From Paragordius varius (lineage: Eukaryota > Animalia > Nematomorpha), in NCBI GenBank assembly GCA_964247055.1, contig OZ176057.1, forward strand, positions 5,332,001-5,396,000: a stretch of 64,000 bases of DNA, in the 5' to 3' direction. The notes under the pieces were generated by a model. That model had not been told where the DNA came from. It was given only the letters and a program-made list of their open reading frames with translations, and ran no database searches. Numbering within the stretch: position 1 is the stretch's first letter; every line of letters begins with the position of its first letter. This document shows, piece after piece, positions 1-12,290 of this stretch. Made by a program: the position numbers and the translations under genes.

Positions 1-77
1 AAAAAACTATATATATATATATATATATATATACCATTTGCACTTCAAGAGTGTCTTTAAACACTTCAAAATTAGGT

Positions 78-403
78 TATATACCATTTACAGTTCAAAT
101 TCACCCTTAAACAAATTAAATTTACCATCAAACAATTCAAATTCACCCTTGAACAATTCAATATCACCCTAAAAATAAATAATGATTTTTTCGAACTAAT
201 ATAACTCATTATTAATATAAAATATATCTTTATGGCATAGTTTATTATTTTTTTGATATTATTTTAATTTATAATTTTATTTTTCAAAAATATAAAAAAA
301 TATAGGTTTGTAATTTTAAAAAACATATTAAGGGAAATTTGGATTGTTCGAATGTGCATTTGAATTGTTTAAGGGTAAATTTGAATTGCAAATGGTATAT
401 ATA
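78..403. mobile_element. MITE-like element in an LST8 intron
   Basis: Inverted termini TATATACCATTTACAGTTCAAATTCACCCTTAAACAA / TTGTTTAAGGGTAAATTTGAATTGCAAATGGTATATA, TA flanks, no coding capacity; copy at 23196-23521. Confidence 0.6.
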
Positions 404-514
404 CCAAAAATTAAAGAAGTTTTAAAAAAGTATAGCTGACTGTTTAATAAATATAAAATATTTAAGTTTTTAAGTGTTGTTTTTATAATTTCAAGTGTTG
501 ATGTGTAATAAAAC

Positions 515-1100
515 CTTTGATCTAAAAGCACAAGCGGTCCATCCTCACCCACCCCGTAAAGTAGAGCAGAATTTTCATGTATAAAACCGGCTTTAACGAA
601 ATTTTTTTCACTGGAATTATTTAGGGTTATGATGGGATTTACATTGTTTTTGATGTTTGTTATATCATAGATTCGTATATAATTGTAACCTTAATGGAAA
701 TTATTTGAAATGTGGAGAATATTAAAATTTTTTATAATCAAACAAATAAAATATATTTGTATGATTTAATTTATTAAAAGTTGCAAATAGCCACTTTAAA
801 TCCATGTTTAAACAAAATATATTTAAAGCAATTACCTAAAGCAGCCAGATATTTTTCGTCTGCCGAAAAAGAAATATTGTTAAATTGCTAAATAATTTAG
901 ATTATTAATTATATATATATATTTAAAGAAAAATATAAATTTTATGATATTACTGATTCCGGATGCTGTAAGGTGCAAAATGATGGATTGGAATCCCCGA
1001 TTTTTAATAATCTCATTTAATGATCATAGCCAGTCGTAGCAAAAAATTTTACCATTTCAGTATGAGTATAAATATTGCCAATTTTTTCCACATATGTCAT
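515..1100 (-). pseudogene. lst8: LST8 (mLST8/GbetaL WD40) exons 1-3 of a copy running off the left window edge; premature TAA at 1017-1019
   Basis: Exons 954-1100, 836-887 and 515-689 splice in phase (GT-AG) to MTYVEK..FATTGYDH*MRLL..LQHPES|QFNNISFSADEKYLAAL|GYNYIRIYDI..NPII..AGF..GVGEDG..LDQR, matching the remembered mLST8 N-terminus (LATAGYDHTVRFW..QHQDSQVN..AAAGYQHIRMYDL..NPIISY..VGF..GGEDC). Confidence 0.88.
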
Positions 1101-1743
1101 ATGAGATACGATAACCGCTAAGAATACTGCTGAGCAAGATATAACAAAACAACAGCTTAATTTCCTAATTTTCATGGGTTTTTTTAAAACAAAAAACAGG
1201 TAAAATTTTTATTCAGCTTCTTATAATGTTTTATAAAAATCAAAGTTTCAAAGGTAATAGGGTTAAGTGTTACTTTTTAGTTTTAATTGAGGTTGTTCCA
1301 AAGGATTCATTAAATTAAAAAAATCCAAAAATTTTCATAATTGTGATTGCGTCCACTTACACAAATAACCAATCTACAATATAGTTTATATTTGTATTAA
1401 ATCAAGAACAAAATTTTATTTTATTTGGTATTTCTTAATAAATCAAAGTTTCAATTTAATAATTGGTAAATGAGGTTCGTACAAAGGAATTATTAAATTA
1501 AAAAAGGAAAAATTTTCATAATTGTGATTGCGTCGACTTACAAAAATACAATCTACAAGATGTTTTATATTTTTTGGAGTATAAAGTTTAAAAATGATAT
1601 AAATTTAAATTTTATGTTGTATATATGTTAGTAACACTATAGAAAGGCAATATTTTTACATTTCGTTTAAGATTTACTATATTATAATATTTCTTATTTT
1701 TAAAGAGTCAGACCGCAGTTTTTTTATTTTTTACGGTCAACAC

Positions 1744-4700
1744 CTAACCCAACCTTATATATCTACACATGTAAAGCATACCAGTAATGAGATTGAAAGC
1801 ATCATGAGATAGTAATGTTCTCATATAATAATCAGATTTTTGAGCAGCTACGTTGTTTGCAATACTTGAATTATTTATTAAATGGTTATTTCTTTGTTTC
1901 GATAAATTCTCCATGCCGTTATCTCCGATATTCGACGGTGTGTTTTCAGTTTTTATACATTTGCAGGCTAATCGAAGCCCTAAAAGAACTGCAGGATCAA
2001 ATTGTGTGAAACAAAGCCATTGTCTTAATCTTAATCGCGTGGAAAAAATGTCAGTTAACATTGAATGTCGTACATTATGTGTTAAATAAGTCAGATTTTT
2101 GTTGGGTGGAAAAACTTTGCGAGGGTCAACGCTGATTTTAAAACGTCATTCCTTAAATGACTAGGTATTGATATTTGTTGTGTTGTTTTAGCTAAGAAAG
2201 GTGTATCATCACCAATTATGTACGTAGCTTTTATAAACTTATCGTGTTTTTTAATGCTTTTTTGTGTAAATTCTTTACCAATATCTTCCTGCATCAATTC
2301 ACATGCGATAGAGGGGATACTTTGCGTGAATCTCAAGGGATAATGGAATGTATTTGTTGATTTAACCGGTTTTTGATTATAAGTTTCATTTATATCATCC
2401 AATATTGGCCGTTTTTCATCGGTTGACAAAAAATCCTCAGTCGACGTGCTACTATAATGCGTGTAATGATCAAAAAATTGAATTTTTGCTGTTTCGTAGA
2501 TCAGCCTGTTGTGGATGATAAGGTGAATACAGGTTATTTGTCCGTGTATCTTGTATTTTACTTGGCAACGTAGCAAATTATCCTATAAAATTATTTAATT
2601 TAAATAGTAAAATTATATTTATTTGTGTGATACCACAATTAACATCACACTATTTTATACGTTGTTGCAGTTTAAAACAATGATGAGTTAATTTTAACAT
2701 TATCAAAAATTTAAAGAGTATATGGTTTTCTTTTACCAAAAAAATATTAGTTTAATTTACAAGTGTCCGTATAATTTCTTTTACAACTGAATATAGACAC
2801 ATAATAACGAAAATTTTATAAAAAAAAGATGGGCCAATTTTTTCACAAAACATATATATCTCAAATAAATTTAAAAAAATTAAACTTGACATAACAGACT
2901 TAGTAGCATATTTCTCGCCATTCAAGTGCTTTTTTGTTAAAACAGCCCCATAAGTGTGATGATGTATATCTGAATTATTAAAATAGCTATCTGTCGGATA
3001 TTTTTTGTTTGTTGAGAAAATGATTTTCCGTACGACTATGGATTCGTGATTGATTAATAGTTTGAAGTCTTGGATCTAAGGGCGGTAGTTTATGGTCTAA
3101 TGATTGTTGCATTTTTTCATTGGGATATCGTTCTTGGAAAAATTGATCAGATTTTTGGCTCTTTTGATTAGATCGTCGCCCCTGTTTTTGACTGGCTGGC
3201 TGATGTGGCTTTATTATATCTTTTAAAAGAAAGAAGAACCTTTTACGAATTATAAATTGGCGTGTGCAGAATGAGAGGAGTGGTATTGAGAATTTCAGGG
3301 TGTACATATAAAGGACAAAACACAAAAACGAAAGTATAGAATGACATAGGAAACGTTACAGAAAATATAATTAACATTCATGAATACTATTTATCTCTAA
3401 TAATCATGTATAATTGTGTTTGTTTAGTCTTTTTATATTGTTTTATTTAAACTCTCCATATTCTATAATTTATATATTTCATATGTTAAAAAGTTGTCAT
3501 AACAATATAAAAATAATTATGACAATAACGCGTACGAAACAGAAAATCCGCTTTAACACAAAAGACACAAAACATTTATCCATAAAAATCATTTTCTAAA
3601 TGAGTTATGAAAAAAATTATCTTAAACTATTTAACTTATGATGAATCTAATTCAATTTAGGATATATATAAAGCTACCAATACTTGATAATCAGTAGTAA
3701 TTTTAAAAAAGGTAAAGAAGGAATACAAAGGAGATTCAGTAAGAATCCGGGAATGGTTTATTGATACAAATAATTTAAAAAAAACAGAATCAATTTTTTT
3801 TATTTCTCAAAAAAATGTAAATTAAGGAGTTTTTTAAATCAAAATAATTTTGTTAAAAGTATAACTAAAATTATAATAAAAGACATGCATCTAAATATTT
3901 CATATATAACAAATATTTATCTTACCAATAAATTTTGGAATATATATATATATATATAATATAAATGTTGATTACTTACCGTGTTTTATGTATATTGTTG
4001 GGTAGATTCTTTACCAATATCTTTCTGCATCAATTCACATGCAATAGAGGGGATACTTTGCGTTGATCTCAAGGGATAATTGAATGTATTTGTTGTTTGA
4101 ACCAGTTTACGGGTTGATTAAAAGTTTCATTGTACATATTATAAGATATTGGCCGTTGATCTGACAAAAAATCTTCAGTCGGGGTACTATAATGTGTGTA
4201 ATGATTAAAAAATTCAAATTTTTCTGGTTGTTCGTCAATATAACTTTCTTGGTTACATTGTGCCATGCTGTTCACTTCCAAATCAAGGCAAAATACTAAA
4301 TAAACTTTAGAAAACTACCTAAATTTTGCCCTTGACATAAGATATCCATTTTAAAATAATTAAAACCTCGTCTCAAATATTTATCTGACATAAGTGAATA
4401 TGTGAGTTTCATGTGCAAGCTTTTCACCTGGATAAGTTGATAATTTTTTTAAATTATATTCCGATTGCTAAAAATATAAAACAATAATTGCATATAAGTT
4501 TTCCATTTAAATATATTTTTATATATTAAAAGGCAAATTCGGGTTTTTTACCATTTATACGATTTTCAAATGTTTTTGCAATATTGCGTCCAATTTTTTG
4601 AAATAGTAGGTTATCTTCAACTTGTTATAAGCATTTGCAAAGTCACTTAAATTTAAATATATTGAGCAAAATCTTATAGTTTAGTGTATATATATTACAT

Positions 4701-5190
4701 TAAAATTTGCTTCCAAATTTTATATCATAGTAAAAGCACATAAATTAAAAAATGCAAGTTGTTATTATATTTTATAAAGATGGAAAATATAATTTTGTTA
4801 GTAAAATTATTGTTTGATACAAAGATTTTATTTTCCGTAATCTATACAATAATTAGTATAAAATTTTGATATGGCAACTTTATTTCAATTTAGTAATATG
4901 CATGAAAATATTTTAACTGATATATTAATTGATTTAAATATCTGCTATTAAGCTTAAACTTGATCAAATATTTATGGGAAAAATTCGCGAGGACCGTAGC
5001 CAAATAATTACAGCAAATCAAAAATAGCAATGTTATCAACTGCCAAATATTTAACATTAGGGTGCAATTTTTAAAAGAGCTTAAACTTTATTAAACAATA
5101 TTATATCCAATTCTCTTTAACTTATTTAATAAACTTGCAAAATTGCATCACCATATCCTTAAAGACTAATATTTTGTCTCGCAACTCTCT
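1744..5190 (-). pseudogene. Frameshifted multi-exon gene; C-terminal part weakly resembles a class I cyclic-nucleotide phosphodiesterase catalytic domain lacking the HD metal ligands
   Basis: Long open frames joined by in-phase GT-AG introns (2583-2760; 4296-4318). Exon 1744-2582 reads DVLKSALTLAKFFHP(fs)KNLTYLTHNVRHS..FDPAVLLGLRLACKC..RTLLSHDAFNLITGM, compared by memory with PDE EVLCRWILSVKKNY..YHNWRHA..LEILALLIAALSHD..MILNSPGNQILSGL. Frameshifts near 2096, 3000, 4130 and 4447; 3978-4295 is an internal duplicate of part of the 2270-2500 exon. 5' limit uncertain. Confidence 0.45.
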
Positions 5191-5306
5191 TATGTCTCTG
5201 CTATATTTTTTAAAAATACAAAAATATACTTTTTATATTGGTCTGAAGGCATATATAAATTTTTATAAACATTTTTTAAATTCTATTGCTTGAATATATT
5301 TGAATA

Positions 5307-5418
5307 AAATGCGTGGGTCTCGGCCTGCTTCGCAGCCCGAGGAAGTCCTGCGGACTTCTTTAAGAAAATGAACCAACTCCAATCCCTCACCCTAACCCTA
5401 GCCCAAACTCGAAATCCT
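5307..5418 (+). repeat. ~110 bp dispersed element: two GC hairpins plus a C-rich telomere-like tract (G-quadruplex motif on the minus strand)
   Basis: CTCGG-C-CTGC-TTC-GCAG-C-CCGAG and GAAGTCC-TGC-GGACTTC, then CCCTCACCCTAACCCTAGCCC at 5384-5404. Other plus copies: 6292, 7333, 28425, 29410, 30451, 50091 (partial), 50901. Confidence 0.9.
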
Positions 5419-7413
5419 TAATGTACTTTACCCGCGTTTGAAAAATAAAAATTTTGTTTAATCAAAAACCTTTTATCTATACAAAGGATATATTGGGTAA
5501 ATTCTTTACACATAATAAATTGATAGTTATAATAAATTAATTTACCAATTAATAAATTTAAATTATACGTTAAAATATATCCATTCCTAAATTATATTTT
5601 ATTAAAATTACTCATATTGTTGTCAAAATAAATATACCTTGAAAATTTAGCATTTTGTTACATATGAAAACTGGAAATTAACATTGAACATAACTCATTA
5701 TAATTTTACACCTTGAATTTTAACTTATAGTATTTAGCTTTTTGACATTTATAATTTATATTTCTCCCTATACATAAATAATTTAGTAATATTTATAAAC
5801 GAATTTCTACTTTTAAACCATAAGTGGTCTGGTTTGGAACAAACATCCTCATTTCAATAAATAAATTTTACCAATAAATCAAAATAAAAAATTACCCTTA
5901 TATGTAATATAAACATTTTTAAATTTAAGAACTAATCAAAAAAAGCAGATATTAATATTGAAATAGCAGGTTAAGTATTAAGCAAAATTCGGTCCTAAAA
6001 AATATATAATAATTTATTTCTTACAGCTAGAAAACTGTTTTATCCATAGCTCTTTTTTACTTAAACTAACTCAGATCTCTTGGTAATAATAAATTAAGAC
6101 TTTTTCCTAACTACTATTATCAAACACATTTTGCTTAAGTTAAGTTCAAAATTCTTCGTGAGATAAGTCTTATTTAACATAAATATACTATTAAATATAT
6201 ATATAGTTTGGTTATGAACTACTAACATTTTTTTATAAATATATATAGGAAACTTATATTTTAATTATTACAAAACCAATAATTTTAAAACGAAATGCGT
6301 GGGTCTCGGTCTGCTTCGCAGCCCGAGGAAGTCCTGCGGACTTCTTTAAGAAAATGAACCAACTCCAATCCATCACCCTAACCCTAGCCCACAAACTCGA
6401 AATCCTTAAAGTAGTTTAACCGCGTTCGAAAAATTAAAATTTTCTTTAATCAAAAATTATTTTTGTTTAAAGGATATATTAGGTAAATTTTATACATATA
6501 GTAAATTGATAGTTAAAATAAAAATTAAAATCAGTTACCGAAAAATAATTATAAATTTGACGCTAAAACATATCCTTACCTAATTTATATTTAATTTCAA
6601 AAATTAACCTTATTGTTTTCAATAAAAACTATGCCATAAAAACTTAGCATTTCACATAAATGCTTTTTAAACTGCAAATTAACATTGAAAATAATTTATT
6701 ATAAGTTTTAACCTTGATTAGATATTATAACTTATAGTATTGCGATAGTTTGTTATACAGAATTCATATTTCTCCCTCAAAACAATTTTAATTTACAAAT
6801 ATTTTAAAAATAATATATGCTGCATATTTATAATATAATGTACATAGTTATTAGTAATATTTATAAATGAATTTCAACTTTTAAACCATAAGTGGTCTGG
6901 TTTGGAACAAATCCTTATTTCAAAAAATAAATTTTTTAATTAAGTATCAAAATAAATTAAATATTTTTAAATACGAGAATGAATCAAATAAAAAAGATAA
7001 AATTAATATTGAATTAGCAGGAAATATTAAGCAATCGGTACTAAAAAATATATAATATAATATTTCTTAGAACTAGATAAATGTTTTATATATCCCTCTT
7101 TTTTACTGAAACTAACTCAGATCTATAACTTTTAGTCAAATAATTAACTCAAGTCGTACTCCCGAACACATTTTGCTTGGGTTAAGATTAAAATTCTTCT
7201 TAAGACAAGTCTTATTTAACATAAATATACCATTAAATATGTATAGTTTAGTTATAAATTACCAACATTTTTTTCATAAATATAGATAAGGTACCTTCAA
7301 ATTATAATTACAAAACCAATATATTTTAACAGGAAATGCATGGGTCTCGGTCTGCTTCGCGAAAATGAACCAACTCCAATCCCTCACCCTAACCCTGGCC
7401 CACAAACTTGAAA
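5307..7413 (+). repeat. ~1 kb tandem repeat (two full copies plus the head of a third), each starting with the double-hairpin/G4 element
   Basis: Heads at 5307, 6292 and 7333; internal markers CCATAAGTGGTCTGGTTTGGAACAAA, AACTAACTCAGATCT and AACACATTTTGCTT recur at ~1.05 kb spacing; copy at 28425-30531. Confidence 0.85.
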
Positions 7414-8819
7414 ACCCTTATATAATTCTATCTGTGTATATTTAAATAATTGACAACCATATAACCAAAATTTTAGTTCGGTTTTACAATTTTAGAGTAT
7501 AATGATGAATGCTTATTGTTGAAAAAGTCTTCCAGATAAAAATATTAATAACCTTGTTTAAAAAACGATAGGAACTAATATTAATTCATGCTTGTTAATC
7601 ATAAAACCATTCAATATTATCGCATTTTGCCCAACTCCTTTATTAAAATAGATGGAATTAGTTTAAATTTAGTTTAGGTTTCATTAATTAATAATTGATA
7701 AATTTTCATAAATAACTGATTATTAAGTTACTTATTTCCATATAGTATAAATGCATTTTTAACTCTTAAAGTATATGTCATAATATTTGATTAATTTTAA
7801 TGATTTATTCATGAAAATAAAAGTCAACGTTTGGAATTAATCTTTTTAACAAGTAGTTAATGATTACTGGAATATACAAGAATCGATATTATATTAAATA
7901 AAAGTTAAATTAAATCTTAATATTTATAACTTATTTTGAGGAAAATTTAAACGTAGATCGCTTGAAATCTTAATAGACCGAAATTGAAATAAACTAATTT
8001 CCTTATATATATTAAACCAAATGTTTAATAATCTAGAATTAGTTCTAGAGGTAATAATTTTTTTAAATAATTAATAATTTGTTTGTTTTAGATATGCTAA
8101 TAATCAGCCCATATTTGAAACATATTGCCAATTAAATTTAAAGTTTTAAAAATAAAATTGCAGATATAGAAATATAATAATAATTAGCTACAATTTAATT
8201 AGAATTAATTATGTTCTAAATTATTTTTGAGATGTTTAGAATATCAAACTTATTACGTAATAATTTATTAATTACAATAATTTAAAATATTTTTTAGATT
8301 AATAAAATTATTATTTAATACCTAATATATATAAAATTATTTAAGAATTATTTCAGACAATTTAATTAGAAATAATTTTGTATTGTAAATTCATTTTGAA
8401 TCTAAAACTTATTACGTAATAATTTAATAAACTACATATATATAGTTGATTTATTAACAATATAGAATTAATTTTATTAATAATATATGTTAAAATTATT
8501 TGAGACAATCTAATTAAAATTAATTATTTCCTAAATTATTTTTGATATATTTTTAATCTATAACTCATCATGTAATAAATATAATATAATCTAAAATATT
8601 TCCTAAATATATATAATTTAATTTATTTAATCCCTAATAAATATATATATATTTTTAAATTATTTAAATTATTTTAACTTAAATTTCTTTTTTCACAAAT
8701 TTATTAATTTATTTACTTGTTACTTTATTTTGTTTATTCCAATATTCCCTTAATCCTAAATACTAAGACATATGTATACTGAATGATACACATAAAAATA
8801 TTTAACATTGTAATATTGC

Positions 8820-9020
8820 ACATAAAAGGGGGGGATAAAATAAAATGTATGTGAAACAATGTTGCACAACACATAATAAACAAAAACAAGAAAAGGGAAA
8901 TAAAGTGTACGTGCGCGATTTTTCTAGAAGGGGGGAGAAAAGGCATGCAAATGCGAACACATTGTTTAAGATGCACGTGTTCTTTCTTCCCCCCCCCCCC
9001 CTACACATATATAAAGACAA
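8820..9020 (+). promoter_or_regulatory. Putative Pol II promoter: G/C tracts, conserved blocks, C13 tract and TATATAAA at 9008-9015
   Basis: GC-richer island directly upstream of spliced plus-strand exons; motifs AAACAATGTTGC and TTTTTCYAGAAGGGGGGAGAAAA..GCAAATGCG are shared with the diverged unit 3 promoter; copy at 31940-32135. Confidence 0.6.
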
Positions 9021-9559
9021 AAAATATTTTTAATTTTATTTTTTTAAATTCTTTTTTGCAAATTTACATTTGTTGGATAGAATGTATTCCAGTGCTTTTC
9101 CTCTTATGCAATTCAATGTACCAACATGGATGGATTATTTTATCATTAAAGTAAAATTTAATTCTATTTAATTTTAGATTACACTCAATATGCAAATCAA
9201 ACAGGAAATGGTGAAACCGATTATATTTTAAATGATTTCCGGTAAATAAATTTGTTAATAATTATAGATTAAGATTAATTTAAAGTTTAAAGAACAATGT
9301 ACAGTGAAAACATGTTGAGACTGATTGTGTAACCGAAATGGGAAATTGAACTATTGCCATTTAGCCTAATTAATTCTGGTAAGTTTCGCATGTTTTGTCT
9401 ATTTCATTTAAAATACTTTGTTAGATGGCATTAAAATATGTTCAGAGTAGAAGAACACTATTATTGATTGCCTTAAAAAGTTAAGAGATGTTTTTATATT
9501 TTCTTGCTTTTGCCCAAAAAATTGGTTATATCTTGGAAATTTTTAACAATGTCTCTAGA

Positions 9560-10050
9560 TTTTATTAATTTACTCTACTTGTAAGAATAAATGGCTAATA
9601 ATTGTTACATATTTCTACGAATTTTTTTAAATTTATTTTTTCGATAAAGGAAGTTAACCTAAAAGGTTAACACATGTTACCATTTTTATTGAGGAGTTTT
9701 CTCGATTAATTATAATTTTTTTAATTTACTCTACTTGTACAAATAGATGGCTTATAATTTAACATAATTTTATTTTTCTTTTGGAAACTTAAATAATTTT
9801 TTCGATATAGGAAGTTAACCTAAAAAGGTGAACACATGTTACCATTTATATTGAGTATTTTTTCTGGAAATTTTTAACAATGTCTAGATTTTTTTAATTT
9901 ACTCTACTTGTAAGAATTAATGGCAATAATTATTACATATTTTTAGCAATTTTTAATCTTGTAAACTTTCAAATTTTATTATTTTTTGTTAAGGGAAGTT
10001 TAACTAAAAAGGTTAACACATGTTACCATTTATATTGAGGCGTATATTAT
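9560..10050 (+). repeat. ~155-175 bp tandem repeat x3 containing the GTTAACCT-AAA-AGGTTAAC inverted repeat
   Basis: TTTACTCTACTTGT..GGAAGTTAACCTAAAA(A)GGTTAACACATGTTACCATTT recurs; four copies in unit 2 (32660-33320). Confidence 0.85.
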
Positions 10051-10379
10051 AGCAGCACTGCAAGTATCCACCTAAAGAAGAACCAAATAAATGTCTATTT
10101 ATTACATTATTTATATTGAATTGGTGAATAGTTTTTTATTCTTGGAAATTGTTTCTGTTTTGTTTAATTTTGTTTCAGCGTGTTGAATAATAATTTTCTT
10201 TACCTAAGAAAATCAATTTATACTTGTTAAATATAAAATATTTTAGAAATGAATTTCTTTATTTAAAAAAATCACCAGAATTAAAAAATTTTGAAAAAAA
10301 ATAAATAAAAATTATTTGAAATGCTAAATCTTATGAAGTTGTTAAGAATGTTCAAAGGTGTTAAAAAATTTCTAAAAAC

Positions 10380-11900
10380 AATTCTCGAAAACTCTTGTAA
10401 CCCAATTTTTTACTCTAAAATGGCTCTAAAATTCTTTTAAAAATAAAAGAATGTTAAAAAGTATTAAAACTTCCTAATCTAATATCCCTAATATTTCTTG
10501 AAACGAAGTCCTGAACTTAAAAAAGCGGTAAAATTCCTTAAATTTTTTTAGCGCTAAATTTTTAATTTCTAGAAAAGCAGTAAAATGACTAAAAACCGGT
10601 AGGATTATTTAAGAACTTTTTTCAAAGGCACAAATTACCTAAAGATTTAAAAAATGGCAAATAATCTTTTAAAAAAACGCTAAAATTCTTACTTAGGTCA
10701 AAAATGCCAAAAATCTTTAAAAAAGCGTAAATTTTATTTTTAAATTTACAAACTGCGAAAATTTCCTAAAAAACCGATATTTATCGTTAAAAACCGCTAA
10801 AATTCTAAAAAGGCTAAAACTCTTTATTATTCGCAAAGGACAAAAATTACTTTTAATTCTAAAGCAGTAAAAATCTTTAGACTAATATCTCTAAAAATCA
10901 TCTGAAGAGGCTAATTTTCCAAAACCTATTAGACTCCTTTAAAAAATTATGATTATTTTTTTTAAATCTAATAAACAAGCGATGAAATTTAAAAACAGCC
11001 TAAAACTCTAGAAAACGCCGAATCTTAAAATTTTAAAATTTTCTAAAAATGGCAATTTCATTTTTAAATTTTATAATTTTTTAAAAACCATTTAAATTCT
11101 TTGAAAAGCGATATTTAATTGTTCATTTCTCTAAAAAAAGTAGAAAATTGCTTTAAATTCGCTAAAATGGCTGAAATTGTTTAACAACCGCTAAAACATT
11201 CTAAAAATCGTTAAAATTTTCTAAAACTCCTTAAAAACCGCTAAAACACTTTAAAACTCGCTAAAAACTCTTTAAGAAGCGCTAGAATTTTTAAAAATTG
11301 CTAAAAAAAATTTTAATTAAAAAAACGCGCTGAAATTCGCTAAAAATTGCTAAATTTTTTAAATCCGCTCAAAATCTCTTAAAAAACCGCTAAAATTGTT
11401 TAAACAAGCATAAATATTCTTTTTAAATCCAAAAAATCGCTTGAAATTTCCTAAAAACCGCTAAAATTTTCCAAAAACCGCTAAAACTATCTAAAAAGTC
11501 TATTTCTTTAAAATTATTCTTAAAACCGCTAAAATTTTTAGAAAAATTGATAAAACTCCTTTTAAATCAAAAAAATGTGCTTGTATTTTTTAAAACCGCT
11601 GAAATTCTCTAAAAATCGCTAAAATTTTTTAAAAAACGTAAAAATGTTCTTTTAAAATCGCTAAAATTATTAAATAATCGGTAAAATTCTTTAAAAAAGC
11701 CTAAATATCCTTTTTAAATCAAAAAATGCGCTGAAATTCTCTATAAATTGCTAAAATTTCCTTAAAACCGCTAAATCTTTCTAAAAACCGATAAAATGTT
11801 TAAACAAGCGTAAATATTCCTTGTAAATCAAAAATGCACTGAAAATGCTTAACAATCGCTAAAACTTTCTAAAAACGGCCTAAATTTTTTTAAAACCGCT
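10380..11900 (+). repeat. Degenerate satellite A (core AAAACCGCTAAAA, ~20 bp period)
   Basis: Repeated AACCGCT cores separated by A/T tracts; copy at 33640-35170; smaller patches at 13040-13330 and 15620-16010. Confidence 0.85.
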
Positions 11901-11901
11901 T

Positions 11902-12290
11902 ACAGTTGTTTTTATTAATCATATGTTTTAATTAATTAATCAGTTGTTTTAACTAATCAGTTGTTTTAATTAATCATTTGTTTTAATTAATCATTTGTTT
12001 TAATTAATCATTTGTTTTAATTAATCATTTGTTTTAATTAATCAGTTGTTTTTATTGATCAGTTGTTTTAATTAATCAATTGTTTTAATTAATCAATTGT
12101 TTTAATTAATCAGTTGTTTTAATTAATCGGTTGTTTTAATTAATCGGTTGTTTTAATTAATCGGTTGTTTTAATTAATCAGGTGTTATTATTAATCAGGT
12201 GTTATTATTAATCAGGTGTTATTATTAATCAGGTGTTATTATTAATCAGGTGTTTTAATTAATCAGTTGTTTTTCAATCAGCCGCTTTTA
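11902..12290 (+). repeat. Satellite B, 17 bp unit GTTGTTTTAATTAATCA
   Basis: Direct tandem repeats with blocks of variants (CATTTG, CAATTG, CGGTTG, CAGGTG); homologous array at 35172-35500. Confidence 0.93.

Noticed and set aside
328-552. ORF-track 74 aa protein, and most other short listed ORFs (e.g. 3414, 8734-9154, 16179, 20404, 23084, 49400, 52303-52985)
   Set aside because: 328-552 is the tail of LST8 exon 3 read into intron and MITE; the rest are shadow frames or low-complexity AT and promoter sequence.
5384-5404. True telomere or interstitial telomeric array
   Set aside because: Only about 3.5 degenerate TTAGGG-like units embedded in a dispersed element; no long array.
11902-12290. 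Short regular repeats as a CRISPR array
   Set aside because: Units are directly adjacent with no unique spacers, there are no cas genes, and the context is a eukaryotic intron.
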